DNA from: an uncultured Bulleidia sp.
GTDB lineage: Bacteria; Bacillota_I; Bacilli_A; Erysipelotrichales; Erysipelotrichaceae
Direction: 5' to 3'
DNA length: 64,000 nucleotides
Assembly (NCBI GenBank): GCA_947087645.1
Contig: CAMUDN010000003.1
Span: 89,956-153,955, forward strand
The position numbers and the translations under genes were made by a program. The notes beneath the pieces were generated by a model. That model saw nothing but the letters and a program-made list of their open reading frames with translations. It searched no databases and was not told the origin of the DNA. Positions 1 through 9,630 of the stretch are shown here, piece by piece (the stretch's first letter is position 1; each line of letters opens with the position of its first letter).

Positions 1-195
1 AGTTGTGAAAGAGGGAGTAATGAAAACAACAATAAATTAATCAGAAGATTTATTGCTAAAGGTGTAGAATTTGATACATATTCAAAAAGTAAATTTAGGA
101 AGATTGAAGAATGGATAAATAACTATCCAAGAAAGATCTTTGATTTTCAAACGGCAGAGGAGATGTTTAGAAAAGAAGTATCAACAATTCCCTAG
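1..195 (+). mobile_element. IS30-family transposase, C-terminal fragment (5' part outside window); frame 1 open from base 1 to TAG at 193-195
   Basis: Translation ...ENNNKLIRRFIAKGVEFDTYSKSKFRKIEEWINNYPRKIFDFQTAEEMF... resembles the conserved C-terminus of IS30 transposases (…NGLIRQYFPKGTDF…LNNRPRKTLGF.TP.EVF, recalled from memory). Confidence 0.7.
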
Positions 196-448
196 TTTGG
201 AAAATGTTATGTTATGAATAAAATTAAATTTAGTTTAGTTGCTTTTTTAATCATTCTATGAAATGATTTTTTTGTTGTAGATAAAAAATTAGTAGAAAGT
301 AAAAAAGTAAAGTAGAAATTCATAAAAATGAAAAACTTTTCATAAAAAATAAATGATTTTATAAAAAAATAAAAAAAGTATCTAATATCTCTTGTAATCA
401 ACGGAATCATTAATTTTTGTAAAAGTAATGTTTTTCTATTACAATTAA

Positions 449-477
449 TTGAAAGAGTTTACAATCGCTTATATAAT
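449..477 (+). promoter_or_regulatory. sigma-A-type promoter TTGAAA-17nt-TATAAT upstream of the 498 ORF
   Basis: Near-consensus -35/-10 hexamers with 17-nt spacer, about 20 nt upstream of an RBS (GAGGAG) and ATG at 498. Confidence 0.5.
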
Positions 478-497
478 GAAAACATAGAGGAGATAAT

Positions 498-860
498 ATG
501 AATGATTTATTAAATGAATTATCTGTACTTGCAAAACATTTATTACCTATTTTGATGGTTGTGGTATTAATTATGTTATGTATTTTTTTAAAAAGGTTAA
601 TTACTTTTTTATCGCATTTAACAAAGACGATAAATCATTGGGAATTTACAACAAAATTAGTTGATCAAAGTTTAGAAAAATTACAATCTCCTTTGGATAC
701 AAGTGTTAAATATGCTAAAAGTTTTGATCATTTACATGATGAAGTAACAAATGTATTAGCTAAAGTAAGTCAATCAATTATGAATGGTTTTAATTCTTTT
801 AAGAAGGGTTCATCAAAAAAGGAGGACAATGATCATGGTCAAGAAAAAACAAATACATGA
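498..860 (+). CDS. small membrane-anchored protein, DUF948/general-stress-like (hypothetical)
   Basis: N-terminal TM helix then coiled-coil-like region; good RBS; the DUF948 assignment is a recollection, not verified. Confidence 0.45.
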   Translation: MNDLLNELSVLAKHLLPILMVVVLIMLCIFLKRLITFLSHLTKTINHWEFTTKLVDQSLEKLQSPLDTSVKYAKSFDHLHDEVTNVLAKVSQSIMNGFNSFKKGSSKKEDNDHGQEKTNT

Positions 861-1173
861 TGATTCTTTTGATAATATTGAAAAAACAGTTGAAGATTTA
901 AAACAAAAGTTGCGACAACTTGAAGAAAAAAAAGAAGATAATATTGATCTGCAAAAAGATAATGTTGATGAGCAGATATTAGTATATATTAAAAATCATG
1001 TTCAACCATATCAACATAAGAAATTAAATAATGATTGGCGAAACAAATCATTAAAGGATAAGATCTTGCTTATTTTAAATAGTGAAGAAGTGCAAGATAA
1101 ATGGCATTTTGTTAAAAATGTAACCCAGTCAATTTGTTTACATGTGTATAAAAAATGGAATGAGAAAAAATAG
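829..1173 (+). CDS. hypothetical charged/coiled-coil protein (start moved to ATG 829 after a GGAGG RBS; overlaps end of preceding ORF)
   Basis: ORF-track ORF 784-1173; internal ATG at 829 preceded by AAAAGGAGGA suggests translational coupling. Confidence 0.4.
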   Translation: MIMVKKKQIHDDSFDNIEKTVEDLKQKLRQLEEKKEDNIDLQKDNVDEQILVYIKNHVQPYQHKKLNNDWRNKSLKDKILLILNSEEVQDKWHFVKNVTQSICLHVYKKWNEKK

Positions 1174-1181
1174 GTGGAAAA

Positions 1182-2180
1182 ATGAAAAGAGTAACAATTT
1201 ATGATGTTGCCAAAGAAGCAAATGTTTCATTAGCAACTGTATCTAGAGTTATTAATGGTTCTAATGTTGTTAAAGCTCCAACACGTGAGCGCGTTGAGGA
1301 AGCAGTAGAAAAACTTGGCTATAAGCCAAATGCTATTGCTCAAGGTTTAGCGTTACAAAAAACAACAACGATTGGTTTAGTTGTTCCAGAAGCATCTTTC
1401 ACTTATACTGGTCAGATTATAAATGGTTTAATTGATGTAGCAAAAATTTATAATTACAATATCATGTTACATACAATTACAGATGGGATAACTGATTTGA
1501 ATTCGGTTATTGAAGATATCATTAAGTCACATGTAGATGGTGTAATTATTTTTAATGATAAATTAAGAGCAAATGATATGGAAGCTTTAAACCGTTATCA
1601 TATACCCGTTGTTGTTATTGGTAATAAGATATTAGCTAAAGATGTTTGTTCTGTATATGTTAATATTGAGAAAGCTATTTTTGAGCTGGTCATGAAGTAT
1701 TTAGAAGAAGGTAAAGATAAAATTTTTATTCTTGAAGATCGTAAAAATCCCCAACAATATCAACATATTATTGCGGGTGCAAAACGAGCATATGCGACTA
1801 AAGGTAAGAAATTTAGTGGTAACTTAGAATTACCAGCAGGAACACGTACATCATATAGTTTTTTAAGAAATTGGTTAAAAGATCGTCATTATGATTTGGC
1901 AATTGGATATCGTGATTCACAAGCTATGGCGATTATTAATGCTGCTCGTGAAAATGGTATTTTAGTGCCAGAACAAATGGAAGTTGTTTGTGTATTGGAT
2001 ACTAAATATAATACTATTATGCGTCCACAAGTATCTTCTTTTTCTATTCCTTCTTATGATTTGGGCGCTGTTTCAATGCGGATGATGACGAAGATGTTAC
2101 AAAAAGAAGAAGATGAAAATAAAGAAGGTACAATTGAACTTAGTTATTTATTTACATCACGTCAAACAACTAAAGAATAA
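1182..2180 (+). CDS. LacI-family transcriptional regulator (CcpA-like)
   Basis: N-terminal HTH MKRVTIYDVAKEANVSLATVSRVING...; periplasmic-binding-fold body; 332 aa. Confidence 0.8.
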   Translation: MKRVTIYDVAKEANVSLATVSRVINGSNVVKAPTRERVEEAVEKLGYKPNAIAQGLALQKTTTIGLVVPEASFTYTGQIINGLIDVAKIYNYNIMLHTITDGITDLNSVIEDIIKSHVDGVIIFNDKLRANDMEALNRYHIPVVVIGNKILAKDVCSVYVNIEKAIFELVMKYLEEGKDKIFILEDRKNPQQYQHIIAGAKRAYATKGKKFSGNLELPAGTRTSYSFLRNWLKDRHYDLAIGYRDSQAMAIINAARENGILVPEQMEVVCVLDTKYNTIMRPQVSSFSIPSYDLGAVSMRMMTKMLQKEEDENKEGTIELSYLFTSRQTTKE

Positions 2181-2220
2181 TGATAGTATATTTAATATAG
2201 TGAGCTAAGGTAGTAATTTT

Positions 2221-2252
2221 AAAACATCCTTAGATAAGGATGTTTTTATATT
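2221..2252 (+). terminator. rho-independent terminator (AAAACATCCTTA-ga-TAAGGATGTTTT + T-run)
   Basis: Perfect 12-bp inverted repeat followed by TATATTT. Confidence 0.7.
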
Positions 2253-2268
2253 TATAGGGGGCAAACAA

Positions 2269-3528
2269 ATGAACTTTTTAGAAGAATTAAAATGGCGCGG
2301 TTTAGTTAAAGATTTTACAGATTTAGCAGCATTACAAGAACAGTTAGATAAGCCAACAACTGTTTATTGTGGCTTTGATCCAACTGCTGATTCTTTACAT
2401 GTTGGTCATTTACAACAAATCATGTTATTAAAACGATATCAGAATGCTGGCCATCATGTGCTTGCTTTAGCTGGTGGTTTTACAGGTATGATTGGTGATC
2501 CAAGGCCAACAACTGAAAGAAAATTATTACGTCATGAAGATGTACTTCATAATGTTGAATGCATTAAAAAACAATTAGCTATGTTTATTGATTTTGACGG
2601 TTCGAATAAAGCTGTTTTAGTCAATAATAATGATTGGTTAGAAAAAATGTCAACACTTGATTTTTTGCGTGATTATGGTAAACAATTCAATGTTGCTTAT
2701 ATGTTACAAAAAGATACAATTAAAAAAAGAATTGATAGTGGTTTATCATATTTAGAGTTTTCATATACCATTTTACAAGCTATTGATTTTTATTATTTAT
2801 TTAAAAATTATAATTGTCGTGTGCAAATAGGTGGTTCTGATCAATGGGGTAATTTAACTTCCGGCATGGACTTAATTAAAAAATTAGAAGGTAGTAATAC
2901 AGCTGTTTTTGGAATTACATCACCACTTATTACCAAAGCTGATGGATCGAAGTTTGGTAAAAGTGAAGGGCGTAATATTTGGCTAGATAAAAATCGTACT
3001 TCAGCTTATGAATTTTATCAGTTTTGGTTGAATACACCTGATGATTCAATAGTTGATTACTTAAAACGCCTAAGTTTAAAAAGTCCTCATGAAATTGATT
3101 TATTAGCAGAAATAGTTCGTAAGGAACCAGAAAAACGGATAGCTCAAAAAGCATTAGCTGAAGAATTAACAACATATGTACATGGTTTAGATGGTTTCAA
3201 AAGGGCATTAAAAATATCTAATACTTTATTTAGTGCTGATTTTATGAGTTTGAGTGCAAGTGAGTTAAAGGAAGGTTTAAAGGGAGCTAAGAAAGTAGCT
3301 GTTAAATCAGGTATTCTTTTATTAGATGCATTAGTTAAAGCTGAAATTGCTAAATCAAAATCCAATGCTCGACAATTAATTCAACAAGGATCAATATCCG
3401 TTAATGGTATTAAAGTTAATGCATTGGATGGAACTTTAGAAAAAGAAGATGCTATTGATCGAAATTTTATGATTATTAAAAAAGGTAAAAAGAATTATTA
3501 TATTGTTGAATTTAGTGAAGACCAGTGA
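2269..3528 (+). CDS. tyrS: tyrosyl-tRNA synthetase
   Basis: HIGH motif (HVGHL), KMSKS variant KFGKS, C-terminal S4 domain; 419 aa. Confidence 0.95.
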   Translation: MNFLEELKWRGLVKDFTDLAALQEQLDKPTTVYCGFDPTADSLHVGHLQQIMLLKRYQNAGHHVLALAGGFTGMIGDPRPTTERKLLRHEDVLHNVECIKKQLAMFIDFDGSNKAVLVNNNDWLEKMSTLDFLRDYGKQFNVAYMLQKDTIKKRIDSGLSYLEFSYTILQAIDFYYLFKNYNCRVQIGGSDQWGNLTSGMDLIKKLEGSNTAVFGITSPLITKADGSKFGKSEGRNIWLDKNRTSAYEFYQFWLNTPDDSIVDYLKRLSLKSPHEIDLLAEIVRKEPEKRIAQKALAEELTTYVHGLDGFKRALKISNTLFSADFMSLSASELKEGLKGAKKVAVKSGILLLDALVKAEIAKSKSNARQLIQQGSISVNGIKVNALDGTLEKEDAIDRNFMIIKKGKKNYYIVEFSEDQ

Positions 3529-3563
3529 AAAACATTGGTCTTTTTAGGTTATAATTTTAATAT

Positions 3564-4049
3564 ATGAAAAAAATTATAGGATTATTAATTACTCTTTCTT
3601 TTATGTTATCAGCTTGTTCTAAGCCAACTGAATTAGATGCTAAAATGGCAACTTATAAAGCTCATTATGAATTAATAGATCAGCATCAAAAATTTCTTAA
3701 AGAGTCCGCTTATTTTAATGTTGAGACAGAAATGATTAAACAAAATGGTAATTATATTTACTATATTGTTGTTGATAAAGCTAAAATTGAAATGCATGAT
3801 GTTGTCTTGATGGTTGTTGAAAATGATCAATTATATCAAAATAATCCTAAGATGATGCCTAGTGCAGGTATTTTTGATCGTGCTTATAGTTTGATTCCTA
3901 AGCAAATTAATAAAGATTTTGGTTATATGAAAGGAATTATTATTTCTGGTGAATCAAAACAAGCAAATATTAAAGTTGAATTATTAGTTGAATGGCGTAA
4001 TTCTCGTAAAGAATTGCAAAGAGAGTTCTTATCACTGAATATTAAATAG
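3564..4049 (+). CDS. lipoprotein (hypothetical)
   Basis: Signal peptide with lipobox LSAC at residues 14-17. Confidence 0.6.
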   Translation: MKKIIGLLITLSFMLSACSKPTELDAKMATYKAHYELIDQHQKFLKESAYFNVETEMIKQNGNYIYYIVVDKAKIEMHDVVLMVVENDQLYQNNPKMMPSAGIFDRAYSLIPKQINKDFGYMKGIIISGESKQANIKVELLVEWRNSRKELQREFLSLNIK

Positions 4050-4060
4050 GGAGTTAGAGA

Positions 4061-5707
4061 ATGGATCGAAATAAGAAAAAAACAATCAGTCAGTCTTTTT
4101 TAGCCGGCTCTTTAACTTCGACAGCTGGTTTATTTATGGCTAAATTAATTGGCTTAATTTATATTATTCCTTTTAAGGAAATTATTGGCCAACAAAATAT
4201 GGTTTATTTTTCAGCTTCTTATGATTATTATGTTTTATTATTGCAAATATCAGCGGCTGGTATTCCCTTTGCAATTGCAGCTTTAGTAGCTAAATATATT
4301 GCTAAAGAAGATTATAAAACAGTTATTTTAGTGCGCCATTTAGGAACAGGTATTTTAATGACTTCTGGTTTTGTGATGGCCTTTCTCTTTTTAGTGTTTT
4401 CTAAATCGTTAGCAAGTAGAGCTTTAGGAGTTACACATTTATCGACTGGGGAATTAGCGACGATGCAAAATGTTTTTGCTATTTTAGCTTTATCGCTTTT
4501 TGTTGTACCAATTCTTTCTTCTTATCGTGGTTATTATCAAGGACTTAAAGAAATGGTTGCTTTTGCTAATTCACAAGTGATTGAACAAGTTGTTCGTGTT
4601 TCTTTTATTTTAATTGTTTCCATGTTTGCTATTTATGTTTTTAAATTACATGCTAGCTTTGGTGCATATGCAGCTGTTATGGGAACTTGTTTAGGAGCTG
4701 TTTTAGCTATTTTTTATTTTTTACATTTTAATTCAGTACGGCATAAAGAAGTTGTATATTTAGCTTCTTTGCAAAAAAATAAAAAAGTATCATGTAAACA
4801 TGTTGTTCATGAATTTATCTTATATGCTATTCCTTTTTTTATCACAGCTATTTTAGGTAATTCACAAATTTTAGTAAATACAAATTTATTTGTTTCAATT
4901 AATCAAAGTCTTGGTATGCCTCATGATAAAGCTACTTTAATTTATTCTATTATTCAAACAAATTGTGATAAATTAACTTCTATACCACAAGTTATTTCGG
5001 CAGGCTTTTCAGCTGGAATTATTCCTTTTGTTACATCAGCAATGGAACGTCATGATTTTAAAGAAATGCGAAAATATCTTATGAAAGCATTTGATGTAAC
5101 ATTATTTTTAGCTATTCCTGTAAGTTCTGTTTTATTTTTTCAATCACGTTTTGTTTATTATATTATGTATGGTGCTAAAGAATTAGCATATGGTCAAGTT
5201 GCTTTACGTCAAGCTGGTATCTTAGCTTTATCAACAACTTTAACACCATTAGTAACATCTATTTTGTTAACGTTACGTTTTCGTAAAAAAAGTATTGTTT
5301 ATTTGGCAATTGGTTTCATAGTTAAGTTATTAAGTTTTTATCCTTTAACATATTGTTTTGGTTATACAGGAGCAATTATTTCAAGCTATTTTTCAAGCTT
5401 TGTTATTTTAGGACTTGGTTTTATTAAAATTCAAAATTATTCACATTTACAATGGTGGATTTTATTACGTCGTTTACTTAAAATATTATTTTTGTCCTTA
5501 ATTATGAATATTCCTTATTTTATCTTAACCAAAATGGGAATAGATTTAGTTAATTTCTCAAGAATATTAAGCTTAATTATTTTTGCCTTTATTTCACTAT
5601 TAGCTATGTTAATTTATTTTTATTTAGCAGATAGCATCGGTTTATTAAAAGTAACTTTAAATTATTCGATGCGTAATATATTTAGAAAGATATTTAGGAG
5701 GTTTTAA
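4061..5707 (+). CDS. MOP-superfamily polysaccharide biosynthesis protein / putative lipid-II-type flippase (YtgP/SpoVB/MurJ-like)
   Basis: About 14 predicted TM helices; N-terminus ...LIGLIYIIPF... typical of the family; 548 aa. Confidence 0.7.
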   Translation: MDRNKKKTISQSFLAGSLTSTAGLFMAKLIGLIYIIPFKEIIGQQNMVYFSASYDYYVLLLQISAAGIPFAIAALVAKYIAKEDYKTVILVRHLGTGILMTSGFVMAFLFLVFSKSLASRALGVTHLSTGELATMQNVFAILALSLFVVPILSSYRGYYQGLKEMVAFANSQVIEQVVRVSFILIVSMFAIYVFKLHASFGAYAAVMGTCLGAVLAIFYFLHFNSVRHKEVVYLASLQKNKKVSCKHVVHEFILYAIPFFITAILGNSQILVNTNLFVSINQSLGMPHDKATLIYSIIQTNCDKLTSIPQVISAGFSAGIIPFVTSAMERHDFKEMRKYLMKAFDVTLFLAIPVSSVLFFQSRFVYYIMYGAKELAYGQVALRQAGILALSTTLTPLVTSILLTLRFRKKSIVYLAIGFIVKLLSFYPLTYCFGYTGAIISSYFSSFVILGLGFIKIQNYSHLQWWILLRRLLKILFLSLIMNIPYFILTKMGIDLVNFSRILSLIIFAFISLLAMLIYFYLADSIGLLKVTLNYSMRNIFRKIFRRF

Positions 5708-6390
5708 TGCGCTTAGATCGTTTTTTAGCTAATGCTTGTCTTGGTAGTCGTTTAGAAGTTAAAAAAATGGTTCGCAATAAAAGAATTAGAGTTAATGATG
5801 CAATTGCTTTAACGGCTAGTACGATCATTAATCCGCAAAAAGATGATATTTATTTTGATGGGCAGAAAATAATTTATCAAGCGTTCACATATTATATGTT
5901 ATATAAACCAAAGGGATATATTTCAACTACTATTGCATCTAAGATACCTTCGGTATTAGAATTAGTACCTAAAGGAAAGAATTTATTCCCTTGTGGTCGT
6001 TTAGATAAAGATACAGAAGGGTTATTGTTGATCATGAATGATGGTCAATTAGCCCATCAACTACTATCTCCTAAAAAAGGTATAGAAAAAGAATATTATG
6101 TTGAATTACAGTTACCTTTATTAAAAGAAGATATTGATAAGATAGCTGAAGGTATAATTTATCAAGGTGTTACTTATCAGAAAGCAATGGTAAAACAGAT
6201 TGATGAATATCGTTGTACAATTGTTGTTCATGAAGGTAAATATCATGAAATTAAAAATATTTTCTTATCCTTAGGTAATAAAGTTGAATATTTAAAAAGG
6301 ATTCGGATGAAAAATTTAGTTCTTGATCCTCAATTACAAAAAGGTGAATATCGGGAGCTTAATGAGCAAGAAATTGCTAATTTAAAGTAA
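5707..6390 (+). CDS. rsuA: 16S rRNA pseudouridine synthase, RsuA family
   Basis: N-terminal S4 domain (RLDRFLA...), catalytic motif GRLDKDTEGLLL. Confidence 0.85.
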   Translation: MRLDRFLANACLGSRLEVKKMVRNKRIRVNDAIALTASTIINPQKDDIYFDGQKIIYQAFTYYMLYKPKGYISTTIASKIPSVLELVPKGKNLFPCGRLDKDTEGLLLIMNDGQLAHQLLSPKKGIEKEYYVELQLPLLKEDIDKIAEGIIYQGVTYQKAMVKQIDEYRCTIVVHEGKYHEIKNIFLSLGNKVEYLKRIRMKNLVLDPQLQKGEYRELNEQEIANLK

Positions 6391-7284
6391 TTTTTTATTT
6401 AGTGGTACAGGTAATTTAAATTTACCTGTTTTTTGATATTCTTGTAGAAAATCAATTACTTGGTCAGTTAAAGCATTAGGTGTACTACTACCACTTGTAA
6501 CGGCAATTCTTTCTTTATTTAAAAGATCATTTTGACATAAATCATTAACCGAGGAAATCATTTTAACAAATGAAATACCCTTTTGCTTAGCTATTTTTAC
6601 TAATTGATTACTATTGTTTGAACGCATATCTCCAACAACATAAAGAGCATCAGCTTCAAGATTTAAAATAGCTTGTTGGCGTAAACGAGTAGCAGGACAT
6701 ATTTCAGGATTTAATTTAGCGTTTGGATATTGTTTAATACATGCTTTAATTAAATTACTTAAGTCAATAGTTGATAATGTTGTTTGGTTGGTAATAAGAA
6801 TATTTTTTAATTGTTTTTGTTTGAGTACAATTAAATCATCTAATTTTGAAATAAGATGAACACGTTTAGAAATATTAACTGTACCTTCCGCTTCGGGATG
6901 ATTTTTTTTACCAATATAGATAACATCACCAGGGTGATTTTTAATTAATTCATGTGTTTTTAAAACATCAGGACATGTTGCATCAACAATAGTTAATCCT
7001 TTTTGTAAAGCTTTTTGATAAACAAGAGGAGATACACCATGAGCAGTAAAAATGACAATACCATTTTTAATTTGATCTAATAATGAAAGGCGATCTAGTT
7101 TTTGATCTTCAATGGTATTAATACCATACTCATTTAAAGCATCAACAACATGCTGGTTATGAACGAGCATACCTAAAATAGTGATGGGGGTATGAGGATA
7201 ATCTTGCTTTGTTTTTTGCGCAATACGAATAGCACGTACTACACCATGACAATATCCTCTTGGTTTTACTGAAATAATTTCCAT
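6382..7284 (-). CDS. ispH: 4-hydroxy-3-methylbut-2-enyl diphosphate reductase (IspH/LytB)
   Basis: MEIISVKPRGYCHGVVRAI..., TAHGVSP, ATCPDV motifs with conserved Cys ligands; 3' end overlaps rsuA 3' end by 9 nt (convergent). Confidence 0.92.
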   Translation of the reverse strand: MEIISVKPRGYCHGVVRAIRIAQKTKQDYPHTPITILGMLVHNQHVVDALNEYGINTIEDQKLDRLSLLDQIKNGIVIFTAHGVSPLVYQKALQKGLTIVDATCPDVLKTHELIKNHPGDVIYIGKKNHPEAEGTVNISKRVHLISKLDDLIVLKQKQLKNILITNQTTLSTIDLSNLIKACIKQYPNAKLNPEICPATRLRQQAILNLEADALYVVGDMRSNNSNQLVKIAKQKGISFVKMISSVNDLCQNDLLNKERIAVTSGSSTPNALTDQVIDFLQEYQKTGKFKLPVPLNKKLL

Positions 7285-7338
7285 GCTTGTTCCTTTCCTA
7301 TTTTTTGTGTTACATTTATACTTATTATAGGTGATAAT

Positions 7339-8691
7339 ATGAAGAAATTTAAAAATTTATCTTTAAGAAAAGAAATACAGCAATGGTTAGATGATCAACA
7401 TTTTATAACTATGACAGAAATACAGGAACAATCAATTCCATTTATTTTACAAGGGAAAGATATTATCGGTTTATCAAAAACTGGTTCTGGTAAAACACAT
7501 GCTTTTTTAGTGCCTATTTTAGAACAAATTGATGTTTCTAAAGATGAAGTACAGGCGGTTATTACGACGCCTACACGTGAGTTAGCTTATCAGATTTATC
7601 AAATGGTAAAAAGTATAGAAAATTATTTACCTGATTTACGCTTAGCTTTAGTTGTGGGTGGTAAGGAACGTCTTCGGGATATTAAAAAATTTCAGCATCA
7701 ACAAGCACATATCGTTATTGGTACACCAGGCCGATTAAAGGATCTTTTTTTAGAAGGTGGATCATTACGCTTAGATAAAGCAAAATTAGTTGTTGTTGAT
7801 GAAGTTGATATGACCTTTGAATTTGGCTTTTTAGAAGATGTTGATGCGATTATATCAAGAATGAATGAGGTACAAATATTAAGCTTTTCAGCTACTTTAC
7901 CGGAACAATTACAGCCTTTTATAAAGAAATATATGCATCATCCATTAACAGTTGAAATTGCTCAAAAACAAAATCATGATATTGAACATGTATTAGTTCC
8001 TTGTTATCATCGAACATATGCACAAACAATTTTAAAAATGTTACCAGGATTTAATCCATACATTTGTTTGATTTTTGCTAATTCACGTAAAGAAGCTCAT
8101 GAGATAGCTGAAGAATTACGTCAAAATAATGTTAAATTAGCAGAATTACATGGTGATTTATCAGCTAGAGAAAGAAAGCAAGCAATGAAGCAAATAGCAA
8201 ATGATAAATATCAATATGTTGTAGCAACTGATCTTGCTGCAAGGGGAATTGATCTAAGTGAAATAGGATATGTTATTTCTTGTGGTTTGCCAAATGATTT
8301 AGAATATTATATTCATCGTGCTGGTAGAACGGCAAGAGCAGGGCAAAAAGGAACATGTTTTTTACTTTATCATGAACAAGATGATACAGCTATTAAATCA
8401 TTAATCAGAAAAGGTATCATTTTTAAACATCGACGTTATCATCGGCATCATTGGCAAGATTTACGTCCTTATGGTCAAAAAAAGAAAAAAGTTGATCAAG
8501 AAATGCAAAAACAAATTGCCCAAATGATGACAAAGAAAAAAACGAAAGTAAAACCTGGTTATAAGAAAAAAAGGGAATTAGCTATTGAAAAAATATATCG
8601 TCAAAAAAGACGTGATTTTATCCGTAGTAAAATAAGAGAAGAAAAAAAAGCTATGTATAAAGAGCGAGCTAAAGAATTAAAAAATAAATAA
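7339..8691 (+). CDS. DEAD-box ATP-dependent RNA helicase with lysine/arginine-rich C-terminal tail
   Basis: Motif I SKTGSGKT, Ia PTRELA, II VVDEVD (DEVD variant), III SAT, VI HRAGRTARAG; basic C-terminal extension. Confidence 0.9.
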   Translation: MKKFKNLSLRKEIQQWLDDQHFITMTEIQEQSIPFILQGKDIIGLSKTGSGKTHAFLVPILEQIDVSKDEVQAVITTPTRELAYQIYQMVKSIENYLPDLRLALVVGGKERLRDIKKFQHQQAHIVIGTPGRLKDLFLEGGSLRLDKAKLVVVDEVDMTFEFGFLEDVDAIISRMNEVQILSFSATLPEQLQPFIKKYMHHPLTVEIAQKQNHDIEHVLVPCYHRTYAQTILKMLPGFNPYICLIFANSRKEAHEIAEELRQNNVKLAELHGDLSARERKQAMKQIANDKYQYVVATDLAARGIDLSEIGYVISCGLPNDLEYYIHRAGRTARAGQKGTCFLLYHEQDDTAIKSLIRKGIIFKHRRYHRHHWQDLRPYGQKKKKVDQEMQKQIAQMMTKKKTKVKPGYKKKRELAIEKIYRQKRRDFIRSKIREEKKAMYKERAKELKNK

Positions 8692-8715
8692 GGTAGTAAA
8701 TAAGCTACCTTTTTA

Positions 8716-9630
8716 ATGGCTTTTTATGGTAATATGAACAAGATGAAAAAAATAGTGAAATATTTAGGAAAAATAAGTTTCTTTTTTATTGGTTTAATAA
8801 TTTTAATTTATATATTGGGTATACCATTTGGTAGCTTAGAAAAATATGGTTATCATTATCAATATGTTCAACCTAAATTAGCTACATATAAACAATTAAA
8901 GCCTTTCTCACAAGATCTGCTTTTTGTTGGTGATAGCTTAGCTTGGACGGGTTTTAAGCCACAAGGATATAAAGATGATTTTCATTTACATAATTATAAT
9001 CTAGCAACTACTGGGCAAATGACATTAGATAGTTATGTCATGATTAAAGAAGCATTAAAAAAACAAAAACCTAAAATAATTGTCTTAGAAGCACATGCTT
9101 TATTTAATGCGACGAATAAATATTATCGTTTTGATATTATGAATCTTTTTCCTATTTTAAATTATCATGCCATGTATCGTTTTGATTTAAAAGCTAAAGA
9201 AGATGTTAATTTAGGCTATCATCCATCAGAAAATATTAAATCATATAATAAAAGAAAAGATTATATGAAACAAGAAAAAATACCTTTTAATCCTTTGAAT
9301 CCGTATAATATTACATATTTAAATAATTTTAATTTGCAATATTTAAATAAGATTAAAGCATTGTGTGAAGCACAAAATATAAAATTATTATTAATTAGTA
9401 TACCAAGTCCAATTAATTGGAATCAAAAACGTCATGATGCAGTTATGAGTTGGGCAAAGCACAATCATATTTCATATATTGATTATAATTTATTACTCGA
9501 TGATATAAAAATTGATTTTAAGCATGATTATCGTGATGCTGGTGATCATTTAAATGATTATGGTGAATTAAAAATTCGTAAACATTTAGGAGCATATTTA
9601 CAAAAAGAATTAGGAAGAGGTAATAAATAA
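8716..9630 (+). CDS. membrane-anchored SGNH/DltD-like (PatB-like) hydrolase-fold protein
   Basis: N-terminal TM; block-I GDS(L) motif in LLFVGDSLAW; immediately precedes an MBOAT gene. Confidence 0.55.
   Translation: MAFYGNMNKMKKIVKYLGKISFFFIGLIILIYILGIPFGSLEKYGYHYQYVQPKLATYKQLKPFSQDLLFVGDSLAWTGFKPQGYKDDFHLHNYNLATTGQMTLDSYVMIKEALKKQKPKIIVLEAHALFNATNKYYRFDIMNLFPILNYHAMYRFDLKAKEDVNLGYHPSENIKSYNKRKDYMKQEKIPFNPLNPYNITYLNNFNLQYLNKIKALCEAQNIKLLLISIPSPINWNQKRHDAVMSWAKHNHISYIDYNLLLDDIKIDFKHDYRDAGDHLNDYGELKIRKHLGAYLQKELGRGNK

Noticed and set aside
196-448. AT-rich spacer with A-tracts and repeated TTCATAAAAA motifs considered as a structured RNA or IS terminal repeat
   Set aside because: The inverted repeat cannot be identified without the other IS end. 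The sequence is low-complexity with no convincing secondary structure. It is mentioned only as context for the IS30 finding.
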